From contig QPMI01000097.1 of NCBI GenBank assembly GCA_004431415.1, forward strand, positions 124,001-188,000: a stretch of DNA of 64,000 nt, given 5' to 3'. Each line of letters starts with the position of its first letter. Within the stretch, counting starts at the first letter, position 1. The stretch is from Cyanophora paradoxa CCMP329 (Eukaryota; Plantae; Glaucophyta). The translations under genes and the position numbers were made by a program. This document shows positions 22,456 through 34,131 of this stretch, piece after piece. A model generated the notes under the pieces. It made no database searches. It worked only from the letters and a program-made list of their open reading frames with translations, and was not told the origin of the DNA.

Positions 22456-24267
22456 ATGTCCTTACCGCAGGGCTACGCGGAATTTCAGAGCGTTGAAGCC
22501 GTGCTGGAGAAGCACGTGCCGGCGAATGAGCTGGCCTTCGTCAAGCGGGTGCTGTATGGCAAGCCGGTTGAGAAGCTGCCGGTGGCGCAAGCAGCGGCCG
22601 AACTCGCTGAAAAGCACGACTTTGAAATTCAGGCCTACAAGTACGACGCCGCACGCGAGCAGCTCCGGCCGCCGCGGGTCGTCCGCATTGGCCTCATCCA
22701 GAACAAGATTGTACGGCCGACGACGGATCCGCTGAAGGATCAGGTGCGTCTTGCAGGGGCTTCTAAACGCACCAGCAGCGCTGCTACGCAGCCGACGCCG
22801 CGAATTGCGTGCGCGCGTTGTGAAGTTGAGGCGGCGCGCGCAGTACCAGGCCATCGAGAACCGCATCCGCACGATGATTGATGCTGCGGGTGCGATGGGT
22901 GTGAACATCGTCTGCCTGCAAGAGGCGTGGAGTGCGCTCTGGCCCCGCGCCGCCCGGCGGCCCTTCGAGTCTGACCCGTCGCCAGCGGCGCCGTTCTTCA
23001 TGTGCACGCGGGAGAAGCAGCCGTGGTGCGAGTTCGCTGAGTCTCTGGAGGACGGCCCCTCCATCAAGTTCTGCCGCGAGGTCGGCCGCCCCCGGATCCG
23101 CCTGCCCCCGACAGCGCCCGCCTGGCCGACGGGGGCGCGCAGATGGCCCGCAAGCACAACATGGTTATCGTGTCGCCCATCCTGGAGCGCGATATCGTGC
23201 ACGGCGAGCAGATCCGTGCGCCGCCCCGCCACTCCTCCGCCCCCTCCCGCCTCGCCGACTCGCGCGGCAGGCAACACGGCAGTCGTCTTCAGCAACACAG
23301 GGAACATCATCGGCAAGCACAGGAAGGTTCGTGTGCGCCCATCACGGGCTTCGCGCGAGGGCCGGCGGGCCGAGGGGGGCGGGCGGGGCAGAACCACATT
23401 CCGCGGGTGGGAGACTTCAACGAGTCGACGTACTACGAGGCGGGCAACGACGGCCACCCCGTCTTCGAGACCGCTTTCGGTGCCTCCCCGCCCGCCGCGC
23501 CGCCCCCGCCCGGCGGCGGCGGACGGGGGCGGGGCAGGGCGGATCGCGGTGAACATCTGCTACGGGCGGCACCACCCGCTCAACTGGATGGCCTTCGGGC
23601 TCAACGGGGCGGAGATCGTGTTCAACCCGTCGGCCACCGTCGGCGCCCTCTCGGAGCCGCTCTGGGGCGTCGAGGCGCGGAACGCCGCCATCGCCAACTC
23701 CTACTTCGCCGCCGCCATCAACCGCGTCGGCACCGAGGCGCGCCCCGCCCCGCCCCGCCCCGCAGCGCCCCGGCGGGGCCGACCGGCGCGCAGGAGTTCC
23801 CGAACGAGTTCACGTCGGGGGACGGGGAGCCGGCGCACCGCCACTTCGGCAACTTCTACGGCTCGACGTACCTCGCCGGGCCCGACGGCTCCCGCACTCC
23901 CGTGCCCTTGCCCCGCCCCGCCCCGCCCCCGCCCCGCCCCCGCCCCGCCCCCGCCGGGGCCGCTGAGGGCGGGGCGGCAGGGCCTGTCGCGGACGCGGGA
24001 CGGGCTGCTGGTGGCCGAGCTCGACCTCAACCTCAACCGCCAGGTCCGCGACAAGTGGGGCTTCCAGGTCCGCCCCCGCCCGCCCCGCCCCGCGCCCCGC
24101 CCCGCGCCCCGCCGAGGCGCCGCCAGATGACGGGCCGGCACGAGCTCTACGCGGAAACGCTGGCGCGGGCCGTGCGCCCCGACTTCTCGCCCCAGATCGT
24201 GCGCGAGGGGGGGGCGCCCCAGGGGCCCCCGCCCCACGGCCCCGAGCCGCGCTACCACGTCCTCTGA
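22456..24267 (+). CDS. UPB1: Beta-ureidopropionase (nitrilase superfamily, pyrimidine catabolism)
   Basis: [84 protein letters not shown]. Confidence 0.97.
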
Positions 24268-24479
24268 GCCCACCGCCCCGCCGCGACCGTGTACTTGTAC
24301 CCTCCCGCACGCCGGCCCTGTACAGACGCCCCCCTGTAAACAACACCTGTACCACGTGTCTAGATCTGTAGATTTCAGAGAAGAGCGTATCGATCTCGAC
24401 ACGCGCGGCGCATACGGGCGACTGGCGCTCCGGCGGGCGAATGGGGTGCGGGCATAGGAGCATGGGAAGTGGGTGAATG

Positions 24480-27400
24480 CTAGGATGAGGGGTCGAAGGG
24501 GCCTTGCTGCTGGTACGAGCCCTGGGCTTGGTACCTGCGGGGGCGTGAGGGGCGCCGGGGCCCGTGGGGAGAGGGATGCGCGGACCTGGCCATGCCGGCG
24601 GCGACGCCGCCGTAGCCGGCCTGCATGCCGTAGCCGGCCCCCGTCCCCGCCGAGACGGGCAGCGAGAGGCGGCTACCGTAACCCGGGTGCTGCCCGAGCG
24701 CCGCCTGCTGCGCGTGGCCCAGCGCGCTCCCCGCGGCCTGCTGCGGCGCGGCGGCGGCGGCGGCGGAGGCGGCGGGGGCCTGGGCCGGCTGCTGGGCGCG
24801 GGCGGCCTGGGCCTGGGCGGCGGCCTGCTGCTGGGCGAGGAGGGCGGCCTTCTGGCGGGCGAACTGGGCGCGCTCCTGGAAGAGCTGCTGGCGGAGGGCC
24901 TCGACCTGGCAGCGCTCCTGGTGCAGCGCCTCCTCCATCTCCTCGAAGTAGCGCAGCTTGAGCTCCACCTTCCGCAGCTGCGCCTCCACCGCGAACGCCA
25001 CCAGCCGCTGCACCTCCCGCTCCTCCCGCTCCGCCACCAGCTGCGCCCCGCCCCGCCCCCCGGCCCCGCCCAGCAGGCCGCCCCCGCCCCGGCCCCGCAC
25101 CTTCGCCTTGACGGCCGCCGCCGCGAGGGTCGTCGCCGCGAGCGTCTCGGCGGACATGGCGCGCCCGGCGCCCCGCGCCTCGCCGACCTTGGCCTCGCCG
25201 CCCGCCTCGCCCTTGACCTCCGCCTCCTTCCCCTCGCCCTTCTTCTCCTCGCCGTCGATCACCATCGGGTCGGACGCCGTCCCCTCCGCCGGGGCCTTCC
25301 CCTCCTCGCCCTCGGCCTTGCGGCGCACGACCTCCGCCTCCGCCTGCGCCTCCGCCTCGCCCATCTCCCGCAGGATCGCCCCTGCCGTGCGTCAGCGGCG
25401 CGCGGCGCGGGGGCGCGGGGCTGGCACCAAGGGCGGCCTGGGCGGCGGCGGCGGCGATGTTGGGCCCCACGGCGCTCGCGAGAAAGGCGAGCTGCGCCAG
25501 GATCGGGTTCCCCGTGTCCGTGAAGGGCAGCGGCCCGCCCGGCACGAGCGCCGAGGGCGCCGCCTCGTAGTCTGCCCGCTCCTCGAACTCGCCCCGGCGG
25601 AGGCGCCCCATGGCGGCGGCGCGCCCGTGCTGCTCCTCCAGGAACGGCTCCTCGATCGGCAGCCGCACGAACCGCAGGACGCACTGCGCCCCGCCCGCCC
25701 CGCTCGCCCTGTGCGGCGGGAGGGCGGGCGGGGGGGCGGGGCGGCGCGCCTGCTCGGGGGTCTTGGAGCCGACCTTGGCGGCGACCTCCTCCCAGCGCTC
25801 CCCGTGCGTCTCGAGCGCCTCCAGCAGCGCCAGCGTCTCCTCCTCCGTCCACTCCCCCTCCTCCCCGGCCGCCTCGCCCGCCTTGCCGCCGCCGCCCGGC
25901 GGGGGCGCCGGCGCGGCCGAGGCCCCCGCCGGCGAGGGCGCCGGCTTGGGGGGCACGACGGAGGTGAGGGTGTGGAAGCGCTCCTGCGCGTAGCGCGCCG
26001 CGAGCTGCTGGGCCTCCGCGAGCCGCATCTCCTGCATCTGCCGCAGCTTCACCCGCTCCTCGCCCTGCTTCACCTGCGCGCGCCGCTCGGCGCTGCGGCG
26101 GCCGGGGTCGGCTGGGCCGGGGCCGCACCGCGCTCTTCTGGAGCTCGCCGGACTGGAGGTTGGAGAGCTTGATGATCTCCTGCTGGTACTCCGCCATCTT
26201 CGCCTCCACCTCCTTCTGCTGCTTCTCCTCCTCCTGCTGCTTCTCCGTCTGCAGCTGCGCGCCCAGTCACGCGCGGCGCAGCGGCGGCCGGTGGCGGTGC
26301 GGCGCGCCTTCTGGCGGAGGGCCTTGATCTGCGGCTCGTAGTGGGCGTTGACCTGCTGGGCGATCTGGGCGGCCTGCTCGGGGGGAACCCCCGCCTGCCG
26401 CGCCCGCAGGTCTGCCTCCCGCGTCTCCTGCAGCTGCTTGAGCTCCGCCTCCGCCTTCTGCGTCCGCTCCTGGTTCGCCGCCTCCTGCTTCTGCCGCAGC
26501 TCCGAGAGTTGCTTGTCCTTGATCGCCTGGAACTTCGCCAGCTGCTCCTGCGGGGGGCTCGGCGCATGCCGGGCGGGGCGAGGCGCGGGGTGGGGCGGGG
26601 GCACCGACTGGTGGCGCTTCTCCTTGGCGGTCTCCTGGGCCTGCTGCTGGAGGAGGCGCTGCGTCTCGGCGGCGAAGTCCGCCTTGAGCTGCTCGATCAT
26701 CTGGTGCGCCTTGCCCTGCATCTCGTGCACCCGCGCGATCGACCCGTGCACGTCCAGGTTCAGGCTCACGCTCCGGAACGCCTCGTGCCGCGCCGCCAGC
26801 TGCCCCTGCAGCGTGCTCGCCGCCGTCCGGTCGCCGCGGGACGCGAAGAAGGCCTGGGCCGGCTCGAGCGCGCCGAGGGCCGGCGGGCGGGTCGCGCGCT
26901 CGAGCTCGCGGATGCGGCGCTGCTGAGCGGCGAGCATCTGCTGCTGGGCGACGACCTGCTGCTGCAGCACGAACACGTCCCGCGCCCCCTCCGGCGCCGG
27001 GCCCCGCGTCCCCACCAGGCCGACGCCGCCGCTCGCCGCGGCCCCCAGCGGGCCCAGCAGGGCCCCCGCCGAGGCGGCCCCGCCGGCGCCGACGAGGAAG
27101 GTGTCGGGGGTGTCCTTGAGGACGGGCTCCGGGGCCGGCATGTTCAGGGGCGCGAGGCAGCCGGCCGGCCGCTTCTCGGGCGCCACCATGTAGTTCAGCA
27201 GGCCCCACTGCTCCAGGAACGAGTGCACCCTGCGCGTCCCGCTCGCGGGGGGGCGCGGGGGGCGGGTGGGGGCAAGCGGGGGCGCGGCACCGGAGGATGG
27301 CGTTGACGTCGCCGACGAGGTGCTTGCGGCACCAGGTGGCGGAGAGGTACTCGTGCGGCGCCCGCCGGTACTGCTGCACCATGAAGTCCCGGTACTCCTT

Positions 27401-29897
27401 GTAGCTGCGCCCCGCTCGCTCACCGGCTGCGGGACGGGGCGGGCGGGACGGGGAGGGGCGGGGCGCACATCGAGGGGGTCTTCGAGGGGTTCTCCCCGTT
27501 GAAGAACTCCTCGAGGTACCGCTGCTCGATGTCGTGGATCCTCGTCAGCGAGAACCTGTCCCCGCGCCCGCCCCCGTCAGCTTGAAACGGCCCCCGGGCG
27601 TGCGCAGCACCAAGGGCACCAGGCGGAGTAGCTGGGGACGACGATCGGGGGCGGAGCGCGGGGGTCCGGCGGTGGGCTGGCGCTGGCCTCCTTGCCGTCG
27701 GCGGGGATGGGGGTGGAGCGGTCGAGGCTGCGCGCGCGTGAGGCGGTGCGGGGCGCGGGGCGGGGGCGGGGCGCACGCGGCGAGATCGGCCTCCGAGGTG
27801 CGGGCCTGGAGGGATACGGGGAGCTCGGGCCGCGGCGGCCGCGGCACGCCGGCCTCGGAGACGTTGACCGTCCGCTCCCCCTCCTTCTTCCGCACCGGCT
27901 TGTTCGGCAGCCTGTCGCGCCCCCGTCGGCGGGGCGGGGCGGGGCGGGCGGTGCGCGGGGCGGGGCGGCGGTCACTTCTTGACGACGAGGGCGCCCTTGC
28001 GGGGCCGCTCCGCGTCGTCCACGTCCTCGTCGTTCGGGCCGAACTCGCGCGGCTCCGCCTTCACAACGCTCGAGCCGGCGCCCTCCTCCTCGTCCTCCTC
28101 CTCATCCTCCGCGTCCCGCCCCTTCTTCGAGGGCCGCTTCGAGGACGAGGGCCGCCCCGCCTCGTCCTCGTCCTCCTCCTCCTCCTCACCCCGCTCCTGC
28201 GAGCGGTCAGCCGCCGCGGGGCTTCCGCCGGAGAGAGCCCGCGCACCGCCCCCGAGGGCTTCTTGATGGCGAGGCGGATCTTCTTCGCGCCGCCCTCCTC
28301 CTCGCCCGGCGCCTGCGGTGGGCGCGCGGCGTGAGGGGCGGGCGCGGGGCCGGGCGGCCCCGCGCACTTCGCTCTCGCGGGACTTGATCTTGATCTTCAG
28401 GCCCTGGGCGCCGCTCGAGGAGGCCCCCGTCCCAGACGACTCCCGCTCTTTCCGCTTCTTCCTCGCCCGCTCCGCTGCGGCGCGTCAGAGCCGCCGCGCG
28501 TCCCGTCGCTGCCCGAGCGGGGCCCACCGTCGGCAGATGCTGCGTCGCCGTCGTCGCCGGCAGCCGAGTCGGCCTCCTGCGAACGGGGTCGGGGGCAGCG
28601 CCATTCCGAGGGGCCGGCGGGCTCGGTGGGGCCGGACCTCGCCTTCCTTGCGGGGGCGGGGCTCGTCGCCCTTCTTGCGCTTCTTCTTGGGCCGGTCGGC
28701 GCGGTCCTGCTCGCCGTCCTCGTCGGGCTCGTAGTCCCCCTCGTTCATCCACTCGTTGAACTTCTCGAGGTCCCGCACCCACCGCGCGTACTGCCCCGGC
28801 GTCACGCCCGAGCCACGCCCCCGCACGAGAGCGCCCCCGCGCACCACGTGCCACTTCTCCTTGTTCTCCTCTGCCTCGTCGTCGCCCTGCGAGAGGGAGG
28901 GCGTCGGTTGCGCGGCGGGGACCGGCGCCGCTCGCCGCCGGCCGCACCTGGACCTCCTCCGCTGGGATCCACTCGTCATACGAGTCGGGATAGTACCACC
29001 AGTGGACGAAGACGACACTGCGCGAGGGCTCCCGCTCGACGGCCCGGCAGTAGTCCGCCTCCGGCGCGTCGTTCGGCTTGTCCCGGACCACGACGTGCGT
29101 GGCGCCCGCAACGTTCGTGACGTAGCTAGCGCCGTGCTCCTTCAGGATCCTCTTCATGTCTTCCACGTCCCGCGAGGGTATGTCCGGCGAGAAGTAGACG
29201 ACGGGTCGCACCCAGCGGGTGGCCTTCGGCTGTGCGGGCGCGGTCGCGTCAAAAGAAAGAGAAACTAAGCGTGCGCCCACGCGCGGCGGTGAAGAGCGGG
29301 CGGACCAGCTGCTTGTCGACAAACTTGATGATGTCAAGATAGCGGTCCCGCTTCTGCGGGTTCTTCCAGTCGAAGGACCGCCACTGTTCGCGCAGCTTCC
29401 AGTCCATGAAGGTCTCTATGATCCACGCGAGGGAGCCGTCCGGCGCGTAGTCGCGGAGAAGCTTGGCGGGAAGGCGAGTGACCGGGCGCGGCTTCGGGCT
29501 CTGCACGCGACACGCGGAGGTCCCATGAGCGGCTCAGCGGCGTGTTCTAGCTAGAGAGAAAGCAAGCGGGGCGCACATCGCGGCCGAGGTTGTCCTCCAT
29601 GAACTGGATCAGATTGGCAGTAAAGAGCGCGAGCGTCTTGGGCGACAGCGAGCCATCCTTAGCAATCGACTGCAGATTCTGCTTCTTCTGCGCATGGAGA
29701 GGCGAAGCGCTGTGAGGACCGGGCGGGGCAGGAGGGCAGCGGGTGGTGGCGCGGCGAGTTCAAAAGCTCCAGCTAGATACTGCGTCCCACCGCACCTGCA
29801 ACGCGTTCGAGATGCCTGCGAACTTCTGCACTGTGGCAGGTTCCTCGAACTCTTTGACGGTCGCGCCGCCGCCGCGCTTCGTCCGCCGTACGGACAT
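24480..29897 (-). CDS. SMARCC: SWI/SNF subunit SWI3/SMARCC (N-terminal module with BRCT/chromo-like part, SWIRM, SANT, leucine zipper, Q-rich tail)
   Basis: MSVRRTKRGGGATVKEFEE, LIQFMEDNLG, VHWWYYPDSYDEW, WVRDLEKFNEWMNEGDYE, SWIRM (IHDIEQRYLEEFF..SKTP..RVHSFLEQWGLLNY), SANT (WTEEETLALLEALE), PFTDTGNPILAQLAFLAS, QLRKVELKLRYFEEME. Confidence 0.93.
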
Positions 29898-30078
29898 CGC
29901 TGAATTGGCCAGCGATGTCGGCCTGCGGCAGCTGCGCTTGGCTGCGTTCGCCTTCTCTGCCCACCGCCCTCTTTAAAGGGGTAGAGTTTCAAGTGGGGGA
30001 TACAGGCTGTCGTTAGCGCAGCCGCCTCAATTCGCCAGGAAGCTCAGCCACTGCTGAGTTGGCGGCGTCGACCGCACG

Positions 30079-33000
30079 ATGGCGTCGCTTCTGGAGCATC
30101 AGGAGGGCCTCCGGCGCCGGCTCGAACAGGCCGAAACTGGATACCTGGAGCAGCGCATCGGCGAGTCATTGGAGCGCGAATATGCCGCTCGTCTCGACGC
30201 TGAGCTGGTGAGTTCCGTCGCGGCGAATGATGCTCGGACTTTCAAACTTCGCGCCATGGCCATCCCCTACGACTGCGCGCTGTTCTTTGCGTCACCTGAT
30301 ATCGCGTTTCCTTGCAGTCGAGGCGGGATCAGGAAATCAGCTACCTGAAGGGCCGTCTCCGTTCGCTCGAGCTGGAGTCTGCCCAGCCCGCGAAGGTCCG
30401 GCGGCCCCACGTTGAAGAACAAAGAGTCCCCGCCCATCCAGCGTTTTAGCCGCCTCTGTCCACGCTCCAAGCGCGGCCGGCTTTCTCCCCTCGTGCTGCT
30501 CGATGCAACGGGCGCTGCTCAACGAGGCTGGGGTGTAGCGCGCCGCCGAGCGCTTCGTGTGACACACACGCCGACCGCTAATGATATCCTCGATTCCCGC
30601 AGTATGCGTCGGACGCCGCTGGGCCGTCCTCCCGCACCGTCGTGTCGAGCCTTGCCGACACCGTCCGCTCGCTGAGCTTCGGTGCGCCGCGCTTGCTTCT
30701 GGATCCCTCCTGCTCACTGCATTTGCATCTAACTGCTCATACTTTCGCAGGCAAATACATTCGTGTCATTGCGGTCGTCCAGCTGCTCATCTGCTTCCTC
30801 ACGGCGCTGGCCCGGGCAGACATCTACGCTGCCGTCGTTTTGATAGCTATCTACGCTTGCCATGAGAAGGATAAGGCGGCAATGGGAACGGTTTGTGTTC
30901 CCCTGCGTCTTTTCTGTTTCTTCTTTTCCTTGTCTGGCGATTTCTTTGCGCTTCTTCTAACAAGAGGGGTTCGTTTTCGCAGTACATCATTCTCACTCTA
31001 TTCTCTATCGTGGCGGACGTGATCTGGCTCGGTGTCCACGCGGACACGCGCCAGTTCGCCGTGACCGTCGCGTTCAAAGGCACGATGGCCTTCGTCTTCG
31101 CCATGTCCATCCTCGGCATGCTCTTCAAGGCTCGCGCTATCTCTTCTTTTCCGATTTCGTCCCGCGTCGCGAAACTCTCTCTGGTAGGTCCTCATCCTGT
31201 GGCCGGCGTACGAGCACTACAAGAGCCTGCCCGTCGAGAAGCCCTCCGAGGCTGGTGAGACCTGGCTGCGCTCTTGCCTCCCGAGCTGCCCGTGTCTGAC
31301 GCCACTGCTGTTGCACGGCAGGCTTCTCCGGCGCGCAGCAGGGGAAGAGCGCCTTCGACCGCTTCGTGTTCGGCGCGCTCCTCGTCCAATTCGTGCGCAC
31401 GGCGCCGAGGGCGCTGGTCACCCGCTCGCCCGTGACGCGGAGCAGGCGGCGGTGTTCCTTATCGCGACGGAGCGCGCGGACATCTACGCGCTCGTCCTCC
31501 TCATTGCCATGTACTCGATCAACGAGAAGGACAAGTCGGCCATGCGCGGCGTGCGCCTGTGGCCCTCCCGCCCCTCCTGCCGCCGCCGGCTCACCGCCGG
31601 GGCCAGTTCTTCCTCTTCGCGGTGCTGAGCCTGATCCTGGACGTGGTGTGGCTGGCGCTGCACCGGCTGGACCTGGACAACCTGCAGAGCATGGCGAAGA
31701 ACGCGTCGGCCACCGACTTTGTCTTCGGCATGACCATCGTCAACATGCTCTTCAAGGTCCCCGCCCCGCCCCGGCGAGCCCCCGCCCCGCCCGCCCCGCC
31801 CCTCACCCCCTCGGCAGCTCGCCTTCGCCGTCATCGCCGTCCGCATCTTCACCGAGCTGCCCCAGACCAAGCCCTCCGACAAGCGCGCCGCCCTCGGTCC
31901 GCCCCGCCCCCGCCCCCGCCCCCCGCCCCGCCTCTCGCCCCCGCCTTCCGCCGACGGCCGGGCGCGCAGCTAGCCAGATGGGCCAGGGTGCCGGCTACGG
32001 CTCGCGCGACATGCACGCGGCCTTCGCGCGCTTCGACGCCATCGCCTCCAAGCTCCCCAACGAGAAGGCCCTGTCCGCCCCTCCTCGCCCCGCCCCGCCC
32101 CGCCCCGCCCCGCCGGGTGGCGCCTGACGGGAGCGGGGTGCAGGATCTTTTTCGCGGCGGTGCAGCTGGTGCTGTGCTGCTTCGAGTCGCTGGCGCGCTG
32201 GGACGTCTTCGCTGTCGTCGTCGGCGTCTCCCTCTACGCCATCCTCGAGCGCGACAAGATCGCCATCGACATCGTGCGCCCCGCCCGCCCGCCCGCCCCG
32301 GCGCATCGCGACGCCTGACGCTGCGGGCAGTACATGGGCCTGATGGCGGTCTCGCTGGTGGCGGACCTGATCTGGTTCGGGGTCTACTCGGACCAGGACA
32401 AGTTCCTGTGGCGCACGGGCACCGTGGGGACGCTCTCCTTCGTGATCGCGATGGCGGCCCTCTCCTTCGTCCTCAAGCTCGTCTCCCTCGTCCCCGCCCT
32501 CTACTTCCGCAAGAACCTCCCCGACAAGCCCTCCGAGGACGGTCCGCCTCGCCCCGCCCGCCCCCGCGCCCCGCCCCGCCACTTGGGCGTCGCGGAGCGG
32601 GCGGCGGGGCGCAGGGATGATGCCGGAGCTGGGGATCCACGAGCGGTTCCAGCGGGCGGCGCCGGTGGAGAAGCTCTCGTACGTCATGTACGGGTTCGCG
32701 GCCGTGCACCTCGTGCTCTTCTTCGTCGTCGCCCTCGAGCGCCTCGACCCCTTCGGCGTCGTCATCCTCGCCCTCCTCTACGGCACCCACGAGTACGACC
32801 GCCGCGCCATCCTCGGCGTGCGCGCCCCGCCCCTCCCCGCCCCGCCCCGCCCCGCCCCGCCGGGGCGAGGCCGACGCGGGGGCAGTACATGCTCTTCATG
32901 GACCTCTCGCTGGTGTTCGACTGCGTGTGGCTGGTGCAGCACAAGACGGACCTCAACCAGATGTACGCCGCGGCCACGAACCGCCAGATCGCCAACAACG

Positions 33001-33973
33001 TCGCCGAGTCCACCCAGATCGTCTACGCCGCCACCGTCATCCACATCCTCGTCCGCCCTCCCCGCCCCGCCCCGCCGGCCCCGCTCACGGCGGCCCCGCT
33101 CACGGCGGCGGCAGTTCAAGTTCGCGGCGCACATCCCCGCCTTCCTCTACCTCCGCGTCCTCCCCGAGACCAAGCCCAGCGAGGACCCCGGTCCGCGCCC
33201 CGCCGCCCCCCGCCCCCGCCCCCCGCCCCGCTCACCCCCGCCCCGCAGTCATGACCTCCGCCCCCGTCGTGATGGTTGACCCCAACCAGTCGGTCGGCTA
33301 CTCCGCGCCCCTCGTGCGGCCCCCGCCCCCTGGCCCGCGGCCGCGCCCTGCTGACGGCCAGTAGCGGGCCCCGCTGAGCGGCACGCCGCCCTCGGCGCCG
33401 CTCGTCTCGCCGGTGAACGTGCCGACCTACCGGAGCGGCGGCTCGGCGTCGCCGGCGACGGTGCCGCTGGCGCAGCCGGGGTTCGGGATGGCGGGGGGCC
33501 AGTCGGGCCCGAACGTGCTGCCGTACGTGCCGGTGATGGACGACAAGATCGACGAGATGATGGCGCTCTTCATGAACGAGTTCGGGCGCCAGATCCCCGT
33601 CAAGCTCGTCCGCCAGGGGCCCGGCATCGTCCGCCCGCCCCGCCCCGCACCCCGCCCCCCGCCCGCCCCTCACGCCCCCTGCCGCAGTACCTCTTCGGCA
33701 CCCGCCGCGTCATCTGCAAGGTCCGGCCCGCCCCGCCCCTCCGTGCCCGGCGCGCGCCCGAGCCGCGCGCAGATCCTGAACGACAAGCTGGTGGCGCGCG
33801 TGGGTGGCGGCTACATGCTCATGGACGAGTTCGTCGAGACCTACGGCGCCGTCGAGCTCGAGAAGGCCCGCGCCCCGTCTCCCCGCCCCTCGCCGGCCGC
33901 CCCTGACCCTCCCACGCAGGTCCGGCAGGAGGAGCGACTCGCGAACACCATCGCCTCCTCGGCACAGTACTAG
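30079..33973 (+). CDS. Multi-pass membrane protein: N-terminal coiled coil, four tandem AGTRAP-like modules, Pro-rich linker, C-terminal GAR (GAS2-related) domain
   Basis: Four repeats with (E/Y)xDKxA..D(V/L/C)(I/V)WL..(L/F)K..LPxxKPS(E/D). C-terminal DDKIDEMM..LVRQGPGIYLFGTRRVICKILNDKLVARVGGGYMLMDEFV. Joining of the 30079 exons is inferred from compatible intron phases. Confidence 0.7.
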
Positions 33974-34131
33974 AACCGTATGCAGGCTTTTCTCCGTAGT
34001 TAGGGTTTCGTGTGCACTAGTAGGTTTCAAAACCAGATCATGGCATTTGCAATCGCCACACGCGGCTGCTAGCGCGGGGGCTGATCATCAATGGGGGCAG
34101 GGGGGGAGGAGACGGCGGGGGAGGCCGGAGG

